Shown here: positions 15,348 to 29,002 of the stretch, in pieces
How positions within the stretch are numbered: the stretch's first letter is position 1
Layout: each line of letters opens with the position of its first letter
NCBI GenBank assembly: GCA_000320545.1
Contig: ADNK01001665.1
Span: 23,578-87,577 of the forward strand
DNA from: Bigelowiella natans CCMP2755
Lineage: Eukaryota > Protista > Cercozoa
Direction: 5' to 3'
DNA length: 64,000 nt
The notes under the pieces: model-generated
The model's database searches: none
The model's input: only the letters and a program-made list of their open reading frames with translations
What the model was told of the DNA's origin: nothing
Made by a program: the position numbers and the translations under genes

Positions 15348-16105
15348 TCAGGAATGGTGATCGTTATCGCCATTACAATCGATCGTTGTAGGACCTGAAA
15401 TCTTCTAAAGTCTCTTGGTCTTTCGTCGTCATCCAATTTTTGTCTGAATGGACATTAGAAGATGTTGTTTTGTTCTTTTTGAGTTTGCTTATGCACGTTC
15501 TTATCCTGTAACTTAGCTGTTGCTCTCACACCACTCGTACAAGGAATGAAGGGAATCACAAGCATATACTGTAACAAGCAAAAATCCTCTCCCCCATATT
15601 CTCCTACTACGCCTCGTGATTTTCGATGTTTGTCCTCATATTAAGTACCCGTTATCTTTTCCGAGATGATCTCTTGCGCTTGGTAAAATGCAGCGCTAAG
15701 AATTGTTAGAGCGGCTGTGAGCCATTCATCAAACCAAAAGGATGCGCTACTACGCTACTACGTTCGTTGTGCTTTTGCCATGTCCATACCGTCTGTTCTT
15801 GTAGTGACCCATAATGTAAAGCCTTTTCGTGCGATCCTCTCGTTGGAAGTTATCGAAAAACAAGAACGCCGCGCTGCTCTGTCCCAGTCTGGGTCGTGAA
15901 GGAGGAGAAGGAGGAGGAGGGGGGGGGGGGGGGGCAAGGAAAGCTACTTTAGACTTTGCAAGCGACATGGCATTTGCGATGTTTAGCGCAGCACAACCAA
16001 GACTGCACATATACGTTATGATTACTTTTGCAATGTTTGAGCTCGAGCCCCCATCAAATATCCCAACGCTCCTATAGGGACGTCAAGCGTTGCCACCTGA
16101 TTATT

Positions 16106-16184
<79 letters not shown>

Positions 16185-17389
16185 CGTGTGCGTGTGTGTG
16201 TTTGATGACCTCTTTGCGTTTCTCCAAGTTTGAGAAATCTATCCTAACATCCTGTGAGTAATGATGCACAAACATGTTGCTCAAAGCCGTCTGGAGAGGT
16301 GAAGTATGTTCTTTGGCTGTGGGGCGCTGTATTTCAAGTGTGTTGGACAATATGGTGACCTTCGATTTTCTTTGCTGAAGCATGATTCTCACGGCCTCGC
16401 TACACAAATGCCTAAACACAACACAAACATACGCGCGCTTTATATAATATTTGTTTGTGTGTGTGTGTGGTGTGGTAAGAGAGTAATATCCATTAAGAAA
16501 GTGCCGTGCCTACTAATCATTTTTCGGATTATAACTGCTGCTACTGCTGCTGCTAATAACCTCTGATGATCGCTGCCTCTAATAATAGCCTTGTTATCTT
16601 CAACCCTCAAACGTGCGCTAATGAGAGAGAGGGAAAGAGAGCGCGAAGGGAGAGAGGAAAGAAGGCCGATATAAACGTCTAGCACTGTAAACATGATTAC
16701 GTATTCACTCGAATACCATTAAACAAAATTACATCGTCAATTCTACTCATCTGCTATGTGCTACCCGCTCATCTCCATTAGAGCCCTGCACACGCTACCC
16801 CCCCTTCCGAGGATGTAGGGAATCTCTACAGCCTCCATGGGAATTGCGGTGGTGGTTGCAAGCGCTCTTTCTCCTAAACACACACGCGAATACATATGGA
16901 TACTACTAATAGTTGCGTGTAAGGGAGAGGGGAGAGGGAGAGAGAGAGGGGAGAGAGAGAGAGAGAGAGGAGGAGGAGGAGGAGGAGGAAGGGAAAGAGG
17001 AGGGGGGGGGGGATCGAGATGCTTGCGCATTTTGCCTAAGCCGTCCTCTTCGTAATTTTACCGTTGTTAGCATTGCGTCTATCTGCAGCATGTTGCTCTC
17101 CTTCTTCTTCTTCTTTTCGAGGAGGCAACTGAGAACCAGCCTGGTACCCTTCCTGCTGTCTTCCTTCATCAGATAAAATCGACTTGCTCCGCAGCTGCTG
17201 CTGCTGCTGTCCTGGCTGAGTGTATGGTGTTTGCGGCGGCCTTGGCGGTGTGATCTCCAAGGACAACAGCTTACTCCTCCCCCCATTTGAAAATAACCCG
17301 ACAGCTGATGAAGGTGCCACATAGCAAACCCAAAACGCTCCGAGCAGCACTGCCATCCCCACGCACGATCTGCGCAGTTGCAGCAGCAT
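14260..17389 (-). CDS. KH-domain RNA-binding protein with Arg/Asp/Gly-rich C-terminus and a signal-peptide-like N-terminus, multi-exon
   Basis: IPYILGRGGSVCRALMEMSG|ARLRVEDNKAIIRG (KH with GxxG); second KH-like VPIGALGYLMGARAQTLQ; last exon 14260-~15140 is R/D/G-rich. Start codon inferred. Confidence 0.7.
15157..15345. repeat. Compound microsatellite (AC)n(AG)n(AC)n(AT)n in an intron; representative of many intronic SSRs in the window
   Basis: Directly visible. Confidence 0.95.
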
Positions 17390-18075
17390 ACTTGGGTAGG
17401 GTGGCGGAGGGGGAGCAGGGAAATGGAGTAATAAAGCAGATACTTCGTAGCGCACTTCCGATGGCGATCTGTCAAAAAATCTTAGGATATTCGTAGGTTA
17501 TTTCGCACAATATTCATTAGTATTCTCCGATAATATCTCAAGACAGCAGTCTCATATTTTCAAAAATCTTATTAATTACAGGATGTTTCCGCATGAAATT
17601 CTTATCATGTTCATTAGTTTAAGATGTGCAACTGAACAGAACCACAGAATCACCAGATCAGGGCGATGATGACTCGTTAAGGGGGGAATGGACGCAAGCC
17701 GGCTGGATAGAATCTCATCCTATTCCTGCAATCGAACATAATTTCGTAATTGGTACGCAACAAGTCCTCATTTCAAGGCGAATGGCGTATCTTGTTCTTA
17801 TATTTGTTCTATTCTCGTGATAGACAAGGCACTTCTGCGATGGCCTCCATACTTCCAAATGTCGTTCCCAGATGTCTGCTGCTTGAATGCTTGCGCATGG
17901 TGAAATGTATATGATAAAAGCGGATGGCTCCTGCTTTTACCTTTGAGGCCTGTTATGATATATTCTTGATTTCGGCACAACATTGATGACGTAGCTGCTT
18001 TTAAACGACAACCTGCCTTTCTCATCTTCGTCGCTATTACCTCTTCAACACACGCACACTTGTGATGTTGCCCAC

Positions 18076-18585
18076 CAGGAGGTGCAAAAGGCGGTCGTGG
18101 ATAAGAAGAGGGAAAACACTCGCAAGGTAGTTGAGTTATCATATAGCAAAGTCTGAAGAGATGAAAGTGCTGCCAGAAGCATTTTAATGAATGCTGCTGA
18201 TAGTTCATTTTAATGAATACTGCTGATAGTTAATTTGGCATTGGGATATAATATGTCACAACTATTGGCAAATCGACGTGATGTTGCTTTATCACTTACT
18301 CATGAAAGGCGAACTTGGTTAAAGATCTCATCAGTAGAGAAAATGCACGTGTGCTTCAGAAACAGAAGCACATAGCCCGAATACGAGGCGAATTAGCGAA
18401 GGTATAGTAAATGGAATGGAGATCACTATCTACAATGCTACTCACAAATTGGAATATTTTCTTTTCGTCAATTTTGTAAAATGAATATAAATGAAGATGT
18501 CATTTCTCCCAGTATTGAAGCATCGATTTCCATACTTTCACTTCATATCAATTATTGTCATCTTATGATTAACAGTTTTCATCAG

Positions 18586-18619
<34 letters not shown>

Positions 18620-19042
18620 GTTGCCGTTTGTCGTTATTCTGCAAGGTTGATCGAAGCGTGAGCGACCAAATCAACATTCTACGAAACAAGATAGATCGGT
18701 ACTGTTTGTTGTTGTTGATAGGAATGTTGAACATGCTGATGATGATGATGATGACACTGCTGTATATTCAGTGCTGATAGAGGCTTTTCTGAAGCTCAAA
18801 GGATATTCAAATCTGCAGAGGAAAAGTAAGAAAGAGTAGTAGTCAGCTGTACTAAACATTTCGATAATTGGATAGCTGTCGCACAATGCTGCTACTGGAC
18901 GGCAGAGAGGGGGGAGGGGAATATGAGAGTAGAAAGCCTTCAACCACTAAGACTAATCCCCTCTCTAGGTATTTAAAGGCGAAAGCAAAGTTGGAGAAGG
19001 CGACCAAAATGAAGCAGTTGCTGTCTCAGCATTTGGTCATAA

Positions 19043-19082
<40 letters not shown>

Positions 19083-19612
19083 GACATAGTAGAAATAAAT
19101 ATATTCGCCCTTTAGATGTGCCTGCATAAAATACACACTTACGGGGGGGGGAGAATGATAGAGAGAGAGAAAGAGAAAGAGAGAGAAGGTTTCATTATTA
19201 TCTCTCCTCATCATCATCATCTTGTGTGTATGATGCTACTGTCGCGAATATTACAGGCTCAGATTCTAATACACGTTGAGGAAGAAAAAGCTGCTAGACT
19301 AGAGAATCTGCTTCGGGTATGCAGAACACCGCAATATTACCGATTATGTAAAAGATCCTCTTGTATGGTACACGTGAATCTCTTTTCCCATTATGAAATT
19401 TCCTTCCTCTCATATCATCATAAGGTGAAATCTCACAACATTCTTCGGGTTGTGTTCGTTGTTTTTAGCTTTCTACTCTTATATCGCTCTGCCGTGATAA
19501 ATATTGTGCATTCCATCCATTCGTATACATAGGATCTGAACATTAAGAGCAGCGCTGCCAAAGGCGATGATAATGGTGATGGTGAGGAAGATCAGAATAG
19601 CAGCCAGCTCAC

Positions 19613-19645
<33 letters not shown>

Positions 19646-19925
19646 GAAGCACAACGACAATGACGATAAGAACCAAGAGCCATCCAGCGTAATGCAGACC
19701 GGAAATAGCAATGGCGATGATAGCAAAAGCAACGACAGAAAGGAAGAGAATAGGGAGGAGTCAATACCACAGATACCGAAGGCGAGGCCACGCCAACAGC
19801 AACAAGCTAGGGAAAGAGAAGAAATGAAGGACCGGATGAGCAGTAAGAAGATAACCACAACAAAGGTACTTACAAAAGAATTTACAGCTCACAGCGCATA
19901 CTAAGAAGACACGATGCATTATCGA

Positions 19926-19967
<42 letters not shown>

Positions 19968-20110
19968 CAGGAGCTGCAAGCTATGGAGAAGGATGCTGCC
20001 GAGAAGTTAATGCTAGACACAAACAAGAGTAGCTCTTCCAAGCAGCATCAACACACAGACACATCATCATCTGCGGCGACTGGAAGAAGCTTTAATAGGG
20101 GAATCAGGAA

Positions 20111-20142
<32 letters not shown>

Positions 20143-20570
20143 ATCAGTCGAATAAAAGTCCCTCGCAGCTGCTCCATCGTAAGCAAAAGAGCCTTCAAAG
20201 AGGAAAGGGGAGAACATTATTATCTCTCGCAAGGGCTAAACAAGCAGCATGTAATTATTCTAGACATGACGACAACTGTGATTGATCCTCCTTCCTCAAA
20301 GTGTTTGTTTCATCCGTGCAACGTAGGATAGAATGGTGAATGAATATTGTAATGTTACTAACCAACCTATTTTTGCTGATGTAGCTGCTTCTTTCGTCTG
20401 TTATTCGGCGTGATATTGTTGATCTATTCCAGCGGCGAGAAGAAGGGGCGACGGCAATGGTGGCAGCAAAGATGCAAACGATTTCTTCTCAATGATAAAT
20501 TATGATCATCAAGGCAGAAACAGGATAACCAGCACGAATGTCAGTTCAGGAAAATATTGCAGCTAATTTC
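18076..20570 (+). CDS. GORAB (RAB6-interacting golgin)-like coiled-coil protein; both ends uncertain
   Basis: Spliced RGELAK|VDRSVSDQINILRNKIDR|ADRGFSEAQRIFKSAEEK|YLKAKAKLEKATKMKQLLSQHL|AQILIHVEEEKAARLENLLR|DL closely parallels the conserved GORAB coiled-coil as I recall it (DIGILRNRID...KEQLTEHL...ELRKAKKLEELM). Confidence 0.7.
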
Positions 20571-21086
20571 TCACATAAATTTGACACAGAGCTATCATCA
20601 TCATATAGAATATAATGATAGTTATCCATTTACATGATTTCTACTATTATAGGGCAGCTTTGCAGGATTTGATGACAACGGTGAAGACGACATGACAACA
20701 GACCAGGATGAGGATCTTACATAGACAACGACGAAACGCCCTAGATCAAAGTGTAAACGACGAAATGCTTGTCGCTTGGTTGGCAACCAGGCGCATATGT
20801 ATGCACCTTGCCTCATGCGTGGTCTGATAAGCGATACACAAACATGTACGATACATGTACCAAAATGATGGCCCGCGAAGTTTGTACGTACAAATCTAGA
20901 AGCTGGGGTCTATCCAGCAATGTGCACGTTTGCGCGTGCTCTGTGAGGGTGCTCTAGCTGAGCTCCTCATTGCAAATACACATGACACGCACACTCTGTA
21001 GATCTGCAATGCCTTGGTATATACATCATATAAATATCATGATCATATTGCATGTCTATCATAATAGACACAGCAATATGGTACAT

Positions 21087-21122
<36 letters not shown>

Positions 21123-21373
21123 ATATACACATGTACATACACATATGCTGCACGCCTGTGACCAGACTACGCCTGCTGCTAAGAAACAGCAAATCGAGAA
21201 GTAGCTGCACTCTTTTGGTAAATCATGTACTAGATGCAGGGCGGGCTGCTTGCTAGCTTGGCTGCTACAACATGCACATTCGAGAGCCCACCTTACAATT
21301 TGACGTGTGTAAAGCAATGGCATGTATTCACAAAGCTACACTCACATGCAATGACAATAGACATGCTTGCGCG

Positions 21374-23545
21374 TCAACGCATGTGATCCTCAAGCTTCTT
21401 TTTGAGGCATGAAATGTCGTAGAGCAACAGCTTTTTCCCGTCCGCTGTTTGTTCATCCAAAACCTGCACAATGAAGAATACAATTGTTATTTCTACACAC
21501 TAGATGTACAAGTTGTATCTCCCCCCTCCCTCCCGTGTGCCTACATAGAATTGGATCACTCACAACTAAACACGTGCGCGCTGAGTAGCTAAAGGCTTTA
21601 GAGAACATGGGTGATGGTATGACTTGCCAATCGTGGATATCACCAACATCATCATCGTCATTATAGTAATCATCATCAACGTCATGTCTGCATTGTCACC
21701 TCCAACGGATGAGAGAGGTTGAAGGGCGGGGCTCTCAGATTTATAGCGAAGTAATCTCCAGCCGTTATTTCGCCTGTATATCGGTGTTTTCGGGTACATC
21801 AGCTGTCACGAACGGATGGGAAAGTGAGTGAATCAAAATCACGTCTATCATTCTTACGGTTTCTTCCTTCATCGTAACTTCCAACCAGCCAATATCTGAT
21901 AAATGGTTTTTCCATGTTATCACTCATCATTCGAGCAAGTTCCATCTTCAAAAGCATTTGTAATGGTATCTTACCGTGACGAAGATGCAGCCACATTTCT
22001 TATTACCTGCCATATCTAGAGTATATCGCCATTATCAGCGACAAAAGACGACGTTTGAATGATTGTAATGTGTTCGGTAGGAGCTCGCAAATATGAATAA
22101 TACTTGTTTAGTCGGAAGATGCTGAAGACAGTCTCGCGTGAATATTAGATCATAGCCTGTTATTCATGAAATCACAGCATCATCATGAGAGAGTACATCG
22201 TGAGATATTCTATCACCGTAGCGCTACCATCAAGATCTTTCTGTGGTGAGCACAATGCAAGATTTCCGCAGTCAAACTGCCAGCTTGGGTGAGATTTGCG
22301 GTACCTACGGAATAAATGTTTCTTCATCAAACATTCTAGGGGGGAGGGGGAGATAAGAACGACGATTCTAATCTAATGAACAATTAAGTCTCTTATTCAT
22401 CTATGCAACTAAGAGCTTTTCTTGAAGCGTGCAAGGATATTCTGAGAAGTACCCACAATCAATACTACAGACTATAGCTAACAATTATGAGTGGATGGAT
22501 ATGGTTAAACCATTCGTCGTTTGTGTCGTTAGTCGTAACCGTACTTAATTCTATTGGTCTCGATTACACTAGGAACAATATCCATCCCCTTGTACATGAA
22601 CTAATCAGCAAGAAGAAGCAATCGTATCACCAGAGCACTATCGATAGCGCACGGTTGTTAAAGTGATAGTATGTGGTTCGGTGCAACAACGACAACTCTT
22701 TTTTTGGCGGAGAACCTCTGGCATAAGTTTGCTCTGAATGTTCGCAATTAGAATCTCTGTCCACTTCATCCCTCCTGCAAGAACGAGTTGTTGTACGTGG
22801 ATTTAGCAGCTGCTGCTGCTGCTGACTTCGTTGATGAACTGTACTATCATTACAACAATCTACCGCATGGCGCGTCCAGCATGCTTGTGATGTTCCTTTT
22901 GCGTATCAGCTCCAAAATGACCGCTCGGGTGTGCGTTGTGTAGGATGGTTCGGAACCTGTGGCGATGACGTAGAGAAGAGATGTATTATAAGCTATAATA
23001 CGAGACAACGACGACAATGGACAGTCACAAACTATGGCAGAAATTAAATTCTCACCCAAACCAGATCCATGCCCTTCAAAGCCCCAGATTCGAGATCTGA
23101 TTAGAGAGGTTTTGGTATGATCAAATGCGATGGTGACGATACAGCGGTGATATTTTATTTGCATTTCCTACTTGTAGATAGTCTCAAATGTACTCCTAGT
23201 ATGTTCGTCCTCAAGTTTCTTCACTGTAATATCGTCGTTTTGCGATTTATCACTCTGCATCACGCCATTTGGATTCAAGACCCCTCCCCTCAACAACACA
23301 TGGGCGAGTCGTTTGCGATAATCACCAGGGCTTGCCGGAGAGTAACACTGAGAATCGCTTCTTCTGCTGCAATTACTTTTTATGTTGACACAAGGGCTCC
23401 TAAGACTCCGAGAGAATACTGAATATTCAAATGGCAAACTACTGCTACTTCTGCTACTGCTGCCACTGTCAAAGTAGTTTAGCAGCAGCAAAAGGAGGAT
23501 AATGGCGATCAGCGTGCTGCGCCACACAATGTGAAGCGTCTTCAT
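21374..23545 (-). CDS. Type II membrane-anchored class I SAM-dependent methyltransferase
   Basis: N-terminal TM (LIAIILLLLLL), FETIYK|SRIWG..GSGLG|SEP, SMLDAPCG|GMKW, YKGMDIVPSVI, YDLIFTRDCLQHLP. Confidence 0.8.
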
Positions 23546-24124
23546 GATCGCGACAACTAACTATTCCAATTGTTGGTCCTGAGCAATCTTCTTGTTCTTC
23601 GCTGATCAGCTATACCGCTATACCGCAATGATCGCCATCATGCCATCATGCTGCATCCATCCATCCCCGGAACGTGTCCTGCCGTGCGCACAGCGTGGGA
23701 GTTCCCGTGCGTGCAGCTGTGTCGTACTGTGCTGAGGGGAATTATCATCGACGACAAGAATAGAGTCTCAATTTTGTAACTGCGACAACAAATCGTGCTC
23801 CTCCATCGCACTCGTTCTCTTTTTCTCTGCGGGATCTGCACGAATAATGCGACGGCGACGGGATGCGAAACGGCGAGAAGGATCGTAGTGATATGTTGTC
23901 GCAAGAGATAAAATTGCATTCAGAATCAAGAGAAAGTGCTGTCGCAGGTCATTAACGCCCTTGCTACTCTGCTGCCAAGCCTAGCCACAAGCATCTTCTC
24001 CTTCCAGTATCTCCTCCTCCTCCTCCCTACAACTACTACCACTGGGGTCATCCCTGCCTCCGTCGAAGGACGTTCCCTTCTTCCCAGTTACATCGCGTAG
24101 CAGCGAAGAAGTCTGGGTAGGAAT

Positions 24125-24960
24125 ATGACAGATCAATTAAATCGATCCATTGGGAATGGACTCGGCGCGTCGTCGAGATCCATGCCGATAACGACGTCTA
24201 GCGTACAGCGAGAACCAGGCAGTCGCAGTGCACGTGTTCATATTGATCTTAGTAGCAGTAGTAGTAGCGATAGTAGCAGTAGCAGCAGTAGCAGCAGTAG
24301 GATCTGTGGAAGTGATATTTCCCGGCATAGAAGTAGTAATCACGTAAGTAGTAGTAGTGCTGCCAAAGAAGCAAACGTAGCCATTGCCACGACAAGGAGA
24401 AGTATCAGCTTCGTTCCGGCTCATATTGTACACGATTCGATCTTTGTCTATCTTGACCCCCAATCTCTCGCCAATACCTGTAACATTGTTTGTAAGGTGT
24501 GTATTACGGGAAAGGACAATGGGAGGGGAGAAAGAGATGGGGGGGGGGGGCGACGATGAGAAAGGCGTGGGTTGAAAGACTATTAAAAAATCAATTGTAT
24601 TCCAATAAATGAAGAGGGAGTGGTGTTTGGTTTTCTCATCCCTATTGATCACCTACAACAAATGATATAAGCTGTCTTGTGGTGGTTCCGTAGTTGCTGC
24701 TTTGCTCATTCGATAACTGAATAAGTATTCTCATTTTTCTATTCCCTTTTGATTAGCGATGGCGGATAATGGCGTCAGGATGTCGCTTGTGGCATTGTCT
24801 TTGTAAACTTAGATGGAATATACGGTATGGTGATGTTAGCATAGTGTAATAAGATGTACGCGGGCTGTTGTGTAGAATATGATGACCTCCATGTGAAACT
24901 CTCTCTGCTCCTCTCACAGATTAAATTGCCAACTCACTTTAAATACACGCGTTCGCGCCA

Positions 24961-25011
<51 letters not shown>

Positions 25012-25032
25012 GTGCGGGTGCGTGTTTTGTGT

Positions 25033-25075
<43 letters not shown>

Positions 25076-26728
25076 GCTTTCGTTCTCACTTAACTGCATG
25101 TTGCACATATAATAACTACCAGCACTCCCATGTGCCGTGCGCGTGTCTACGGAAGTAACAAGTGGATTCAGGTAAGCATGAATTGCTGCGATAATACATC
25201 ACAAGAGGAAGGGGGGAGGGGGATCGGGCAGCACATGCATTGGTCCGAACTCCAATCTTATTTACACTGATACAACTGACGTTATAATCATCATCATTAT
25301 CATCATCTATTCATCTCAGCAAGTACTATATGTGTATAAATTCAAGGTCTACAAGAGTCTTTCCCGTAGGATGAGGATGCCTCGGGGGAAATATACCGGT
25401 AATAATCAACAGTGTTGCTACTCGTTGCTGTGGAAAGTTGTAACAGCTCTCCTCCTTTTACCTCTCGATCTTGTTCCTGTTCTTTTTCTTCCTCTCTGGA
25501 ATTTTTTATACGTAGTCGTAGTCGATGATGTTGATGATGATGATGGAATTGTGGCTGTAATTGTAATTGCCATCAGGGTCTCGATGTAGAGTCTTCGCAA
25601 CAGGAAGGTATCAAGGAGTATTGTCATCGCCGTCGTGATTTTACATTATTCTTCTCTAATATCTGGCACCACCCCCCATTGGTTGTTCCGGTGCAATAGG
25701 AAGCAGCTCAACCAACGACAGCAATTCATATTTCCTCGAGTCACTTATATCGTCATTAATTATTACCCCCACACCCCCCACAATCCTTTTGCCTTCCTCA
25801 GCTTCCTGACAGATAGACGTTCTTTCAATAGGCATGAGGGCGTCGATGTTTGGGTATCTGTTGTCCACAGGCCAGACTGCTCTTTGCGATCAACATCTTC
25901 GCAGGTGACAGGATAATCATCACCAATGACGAGAGCTTCACGTACAATTCTCTCTCTCATATTACTAATAATACTACAATACTCGATGTCTGTCCTTCTG
26001 CTGCTGCTTTGCATAGATTCTCGCTCCGACTCTACAAGCAGAATGGCCAACGATACGTAATGAAGCATTAAGGACTCTCTCTCTCTCTCTCTCTTTCACA
26101 TACACACACATAAGCGTACATTTCACTTTTATTAATTGACGCCCATGGGGGAATATTCTGACTTTATATTACCTGATGCTCTACTGTTCAGGAATGAGAA
26201 TTGCTATTCAAAACATAACAAAGCACACGGTTACTGAAACCTTAGATAGTAGCGATAGTATGTAGCAATGCACGGCTGCATGTCGCTGCTAAAGTATAAA
26301 GATATTGAACTAAACAGAGGGGAGAAAACGAAGAGAAGATAAGCATGATTATATTCACAGAGATCTGACAACGCACTGACCGTTTGACACGCAAGAGTGG
26401 AGATCCCCTTCCTCCCCTCCCCTCTCTCTCCCTGTCTCTTGGCCTTTAATTTAATCATTTGCCGACTTGATGCTATGCATGCAGGTGTTGCTATCAACAC
26501 TTCCCCAGGATCTCAAACTATTCATTCGAATGAAGAGTGGAATGATTGTGGTATCTACGATACAGATTAATGCAACGACTAAAACCAAATGATCCACAGC
26601 CATGATGATGATGATGGTGATGATGATGATGATGATCTTGTGATCATGATAGTTTTAGATTTTGTTTGCGTGTTCAAAGCATTCATCCAGTGTAGTATCA
26701 CTTAGAGCATTCTTCTTCATTTACACGG

Positions 26729-26767
<39 letters not shown>

Positions 26768-27319
26768 GATATCAGAAACCAGTTTTGCACGAGCATCAGC
26801 AGCAGCAGCAGCAGCAGCAGCATCTTCCAAATGAGAGGGGAAATTTTTCTCCTCCTCCTCTTCCTGGTAGCAGTGGTGCTGTTATCGTTCATGATGCTAG
26901 CGAACAAGGGCAGGAAGAGAAGAAGGCGAGTAGTAAAAGAAGGAGTAAAAGAGGCATGGATCATGATCTCCAACAGTATGTGAAAGAGGATGACACTATC
27001 TCGCCACGTGTGGTCGCTATAGATGGCCGAAAAGTACAACGCTATGCAGGAGAGAAGGTAATAATAACCTATCCCATCAGACAACTACGAAGTCAATCTT
27101 ATCATCATTACCACTGAGCACGTTCACCATTCTCATCATGTAACAAAGGTGTCGCTCGGTCCCCTCGCATTCGCTGTATTGGAGGCCAGTTTTCCTGCCG
27201 CTGTCAGGTATCCGTAGTCGTCGTAGTAGTAATCGCCGTCGTCTTGGTAGTAGTAAGTTGCTGTTGTTGTCATTGTTGTTTTTCTGGCAAGTGCCCTATA
27301 TTTACTGGTGGATTTCATG

Positions 27320-27350
<31 letters not shown>

Positions 27351-28152
27351 ATGTATAATGTCCTCTGCTACTTCTGTGTTGTTTTGCAGGGGCGTTAGAT
27401 TCGAACCGGAGTTTCTCGAGCAATGTGACATGTACGCTACACATATGTGCATATACAACAACGACTCCCCATAGTTATTAGCTGTCCTGAGAAGAATCAA
27501 GGCAGCATATAATCATATCTCGTGATGATCCATATCTGATGATAGCTAGCACACCATGTACTACTACTACTACTAATACTAATACTGGTACAACCGACAG
27601 ATCAGCATCGTTGATGTCTTCCCACTCCGCATACTACACCTGATTGAGTGTCAAAATCATGTCTACTGCTATTAGGATGTGCCTCTGTGGTTATAAAGCT
27701 GCTGCCGCGGAAGGAGAAAGTGATGATACGCAATTCAGTGGAGTCAACAAACATGGGCGTGGCACTGAAGAGGAAGATGTGGTTGTAAGCAGTCGTTGTG
27801 AACATGAGGAAGGGGGGAATAAGCATGCTGTGCAACTTCATTGCTACCAGAAACAGCATGGCAGTGGAAGAAATAGACAGCAGACAAAATGGCAACGTGT
27901 GACTCCGCGTATTAATTTCATCGACGATGGGGAAATATGGTATTAGCTAGCAGTTGCAAAAACAGCGGGATTTACTCCCACTAACCCCCCCTCATTACTA
28001 ATCGCTACAATCAACTTAAAAATGATAAACCATCATTGCTGAGTCTGCTTTTGAACAGGAAACATTACTCGAGTTTGCCTGGAGGCTACATGTACCTCAA
28101 CGATTTAGACACAATTGCTCACAATAACAGACAAGACAAAGGCTTTCTGTGA
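24125..28152 (+). CDS. F-box protein, multi-exon; 3' end approximate
   Basis: ISFVPAHIVHDSIFVYLDPQSLANTCNIVCK|RWRIMASGCRLWHCLCKLRW is an F-box pattern. Downstream exons not recognised. Confidence 0.7.
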
Positions 28153-28232
28153 ACCAAAAATTGTAAATGACAAAATCGTTGTGGATTTGTGGCCGCACAT
28201 ATCATCATGCGTCAGTTTGTACGTTGAGGTAC

Positions 28233-28860
28233 GATGTGTTTGTGAACGATGACGTTTGAATGCGATGCCATGCATGCATGCAGTGCGCTTGCTGCTGGGT
28301 GACAACCACACCCCACATTTCATTCCCCTGCCATCGGGGGTAGCAAAAATTGCGAAAATGTGCAACATGAAAATTTGCCTGTCAGCTCACACGCGGAATG
28401 CGAATTGCCTATGCCGCCCTGAAATGCGATTCTGTGCCTCAAATGTAGGTGCAACTGGGCGAAACTGATTGCGCTGATCAATGTTGGAACCTGTTCTGCT
28501 TTTTTGGTGTCCATCGTGCACAGTTTTTTTTCGGCTTGTGCGCAGACTTTGTGCCCAAGCTAGCAAGTTGCAGGTCGCAGCAAGCCCATCTGCTGTGAAG
28601 CTGCTTCGCGCTCATTGCTAGGTTGATGGTAGTGCCACGCTAGCACGCATTTACACATCTGCATGAGTGCTCAGTTGTTCATCATCTTCAATGCGCGGCA
28701 GGCTTCCACATGCCAGTGTCTTTGATGGTGGACAAACTCTCGTCATCACGGTCGTCATCAACCAACGGCTTCTTTGTCGCCATGTCTACGATGTTGAGCC
28801 AACCAACTTTGGACGAACATGCGACGACCGACGACGCAACCGTGTTGTTTTCTAGCTGCG
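28233..28860. other. TpA-depleted island, possibly a decayed element or gene remnant
   Basis: Manual count: 10 TpA in ~630 bp, 9 of them in CTA or TAG context; CpG abundant. Confidence 0.6.
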
Positions 28861-29002
28861 ACAAGCTATTTAATTAGACGTAGGTTTAAAACGGATTTCA
28901 TTTCTATTAAAAAACAAACACACGGATAAGATCTGTCCTCCGCCCCCTTCTAGTGCTGTCAGTTTAGCTAATCAGCGTGTCACAGCGTGAAGGGAGTTTG
29001 GC

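Noticed and set aside
15043-15436. HTHT/ERER/YIYI/CVCV ORFs here and elsewhere
   Set aside because: Translations of intronic dinucleotide microsatellites.
17798-18208. 136-aa minus-strand ORF
   Set aside because: No motif; overlaps the likely 5' exons of the GORAB-like gene on the plus strand.
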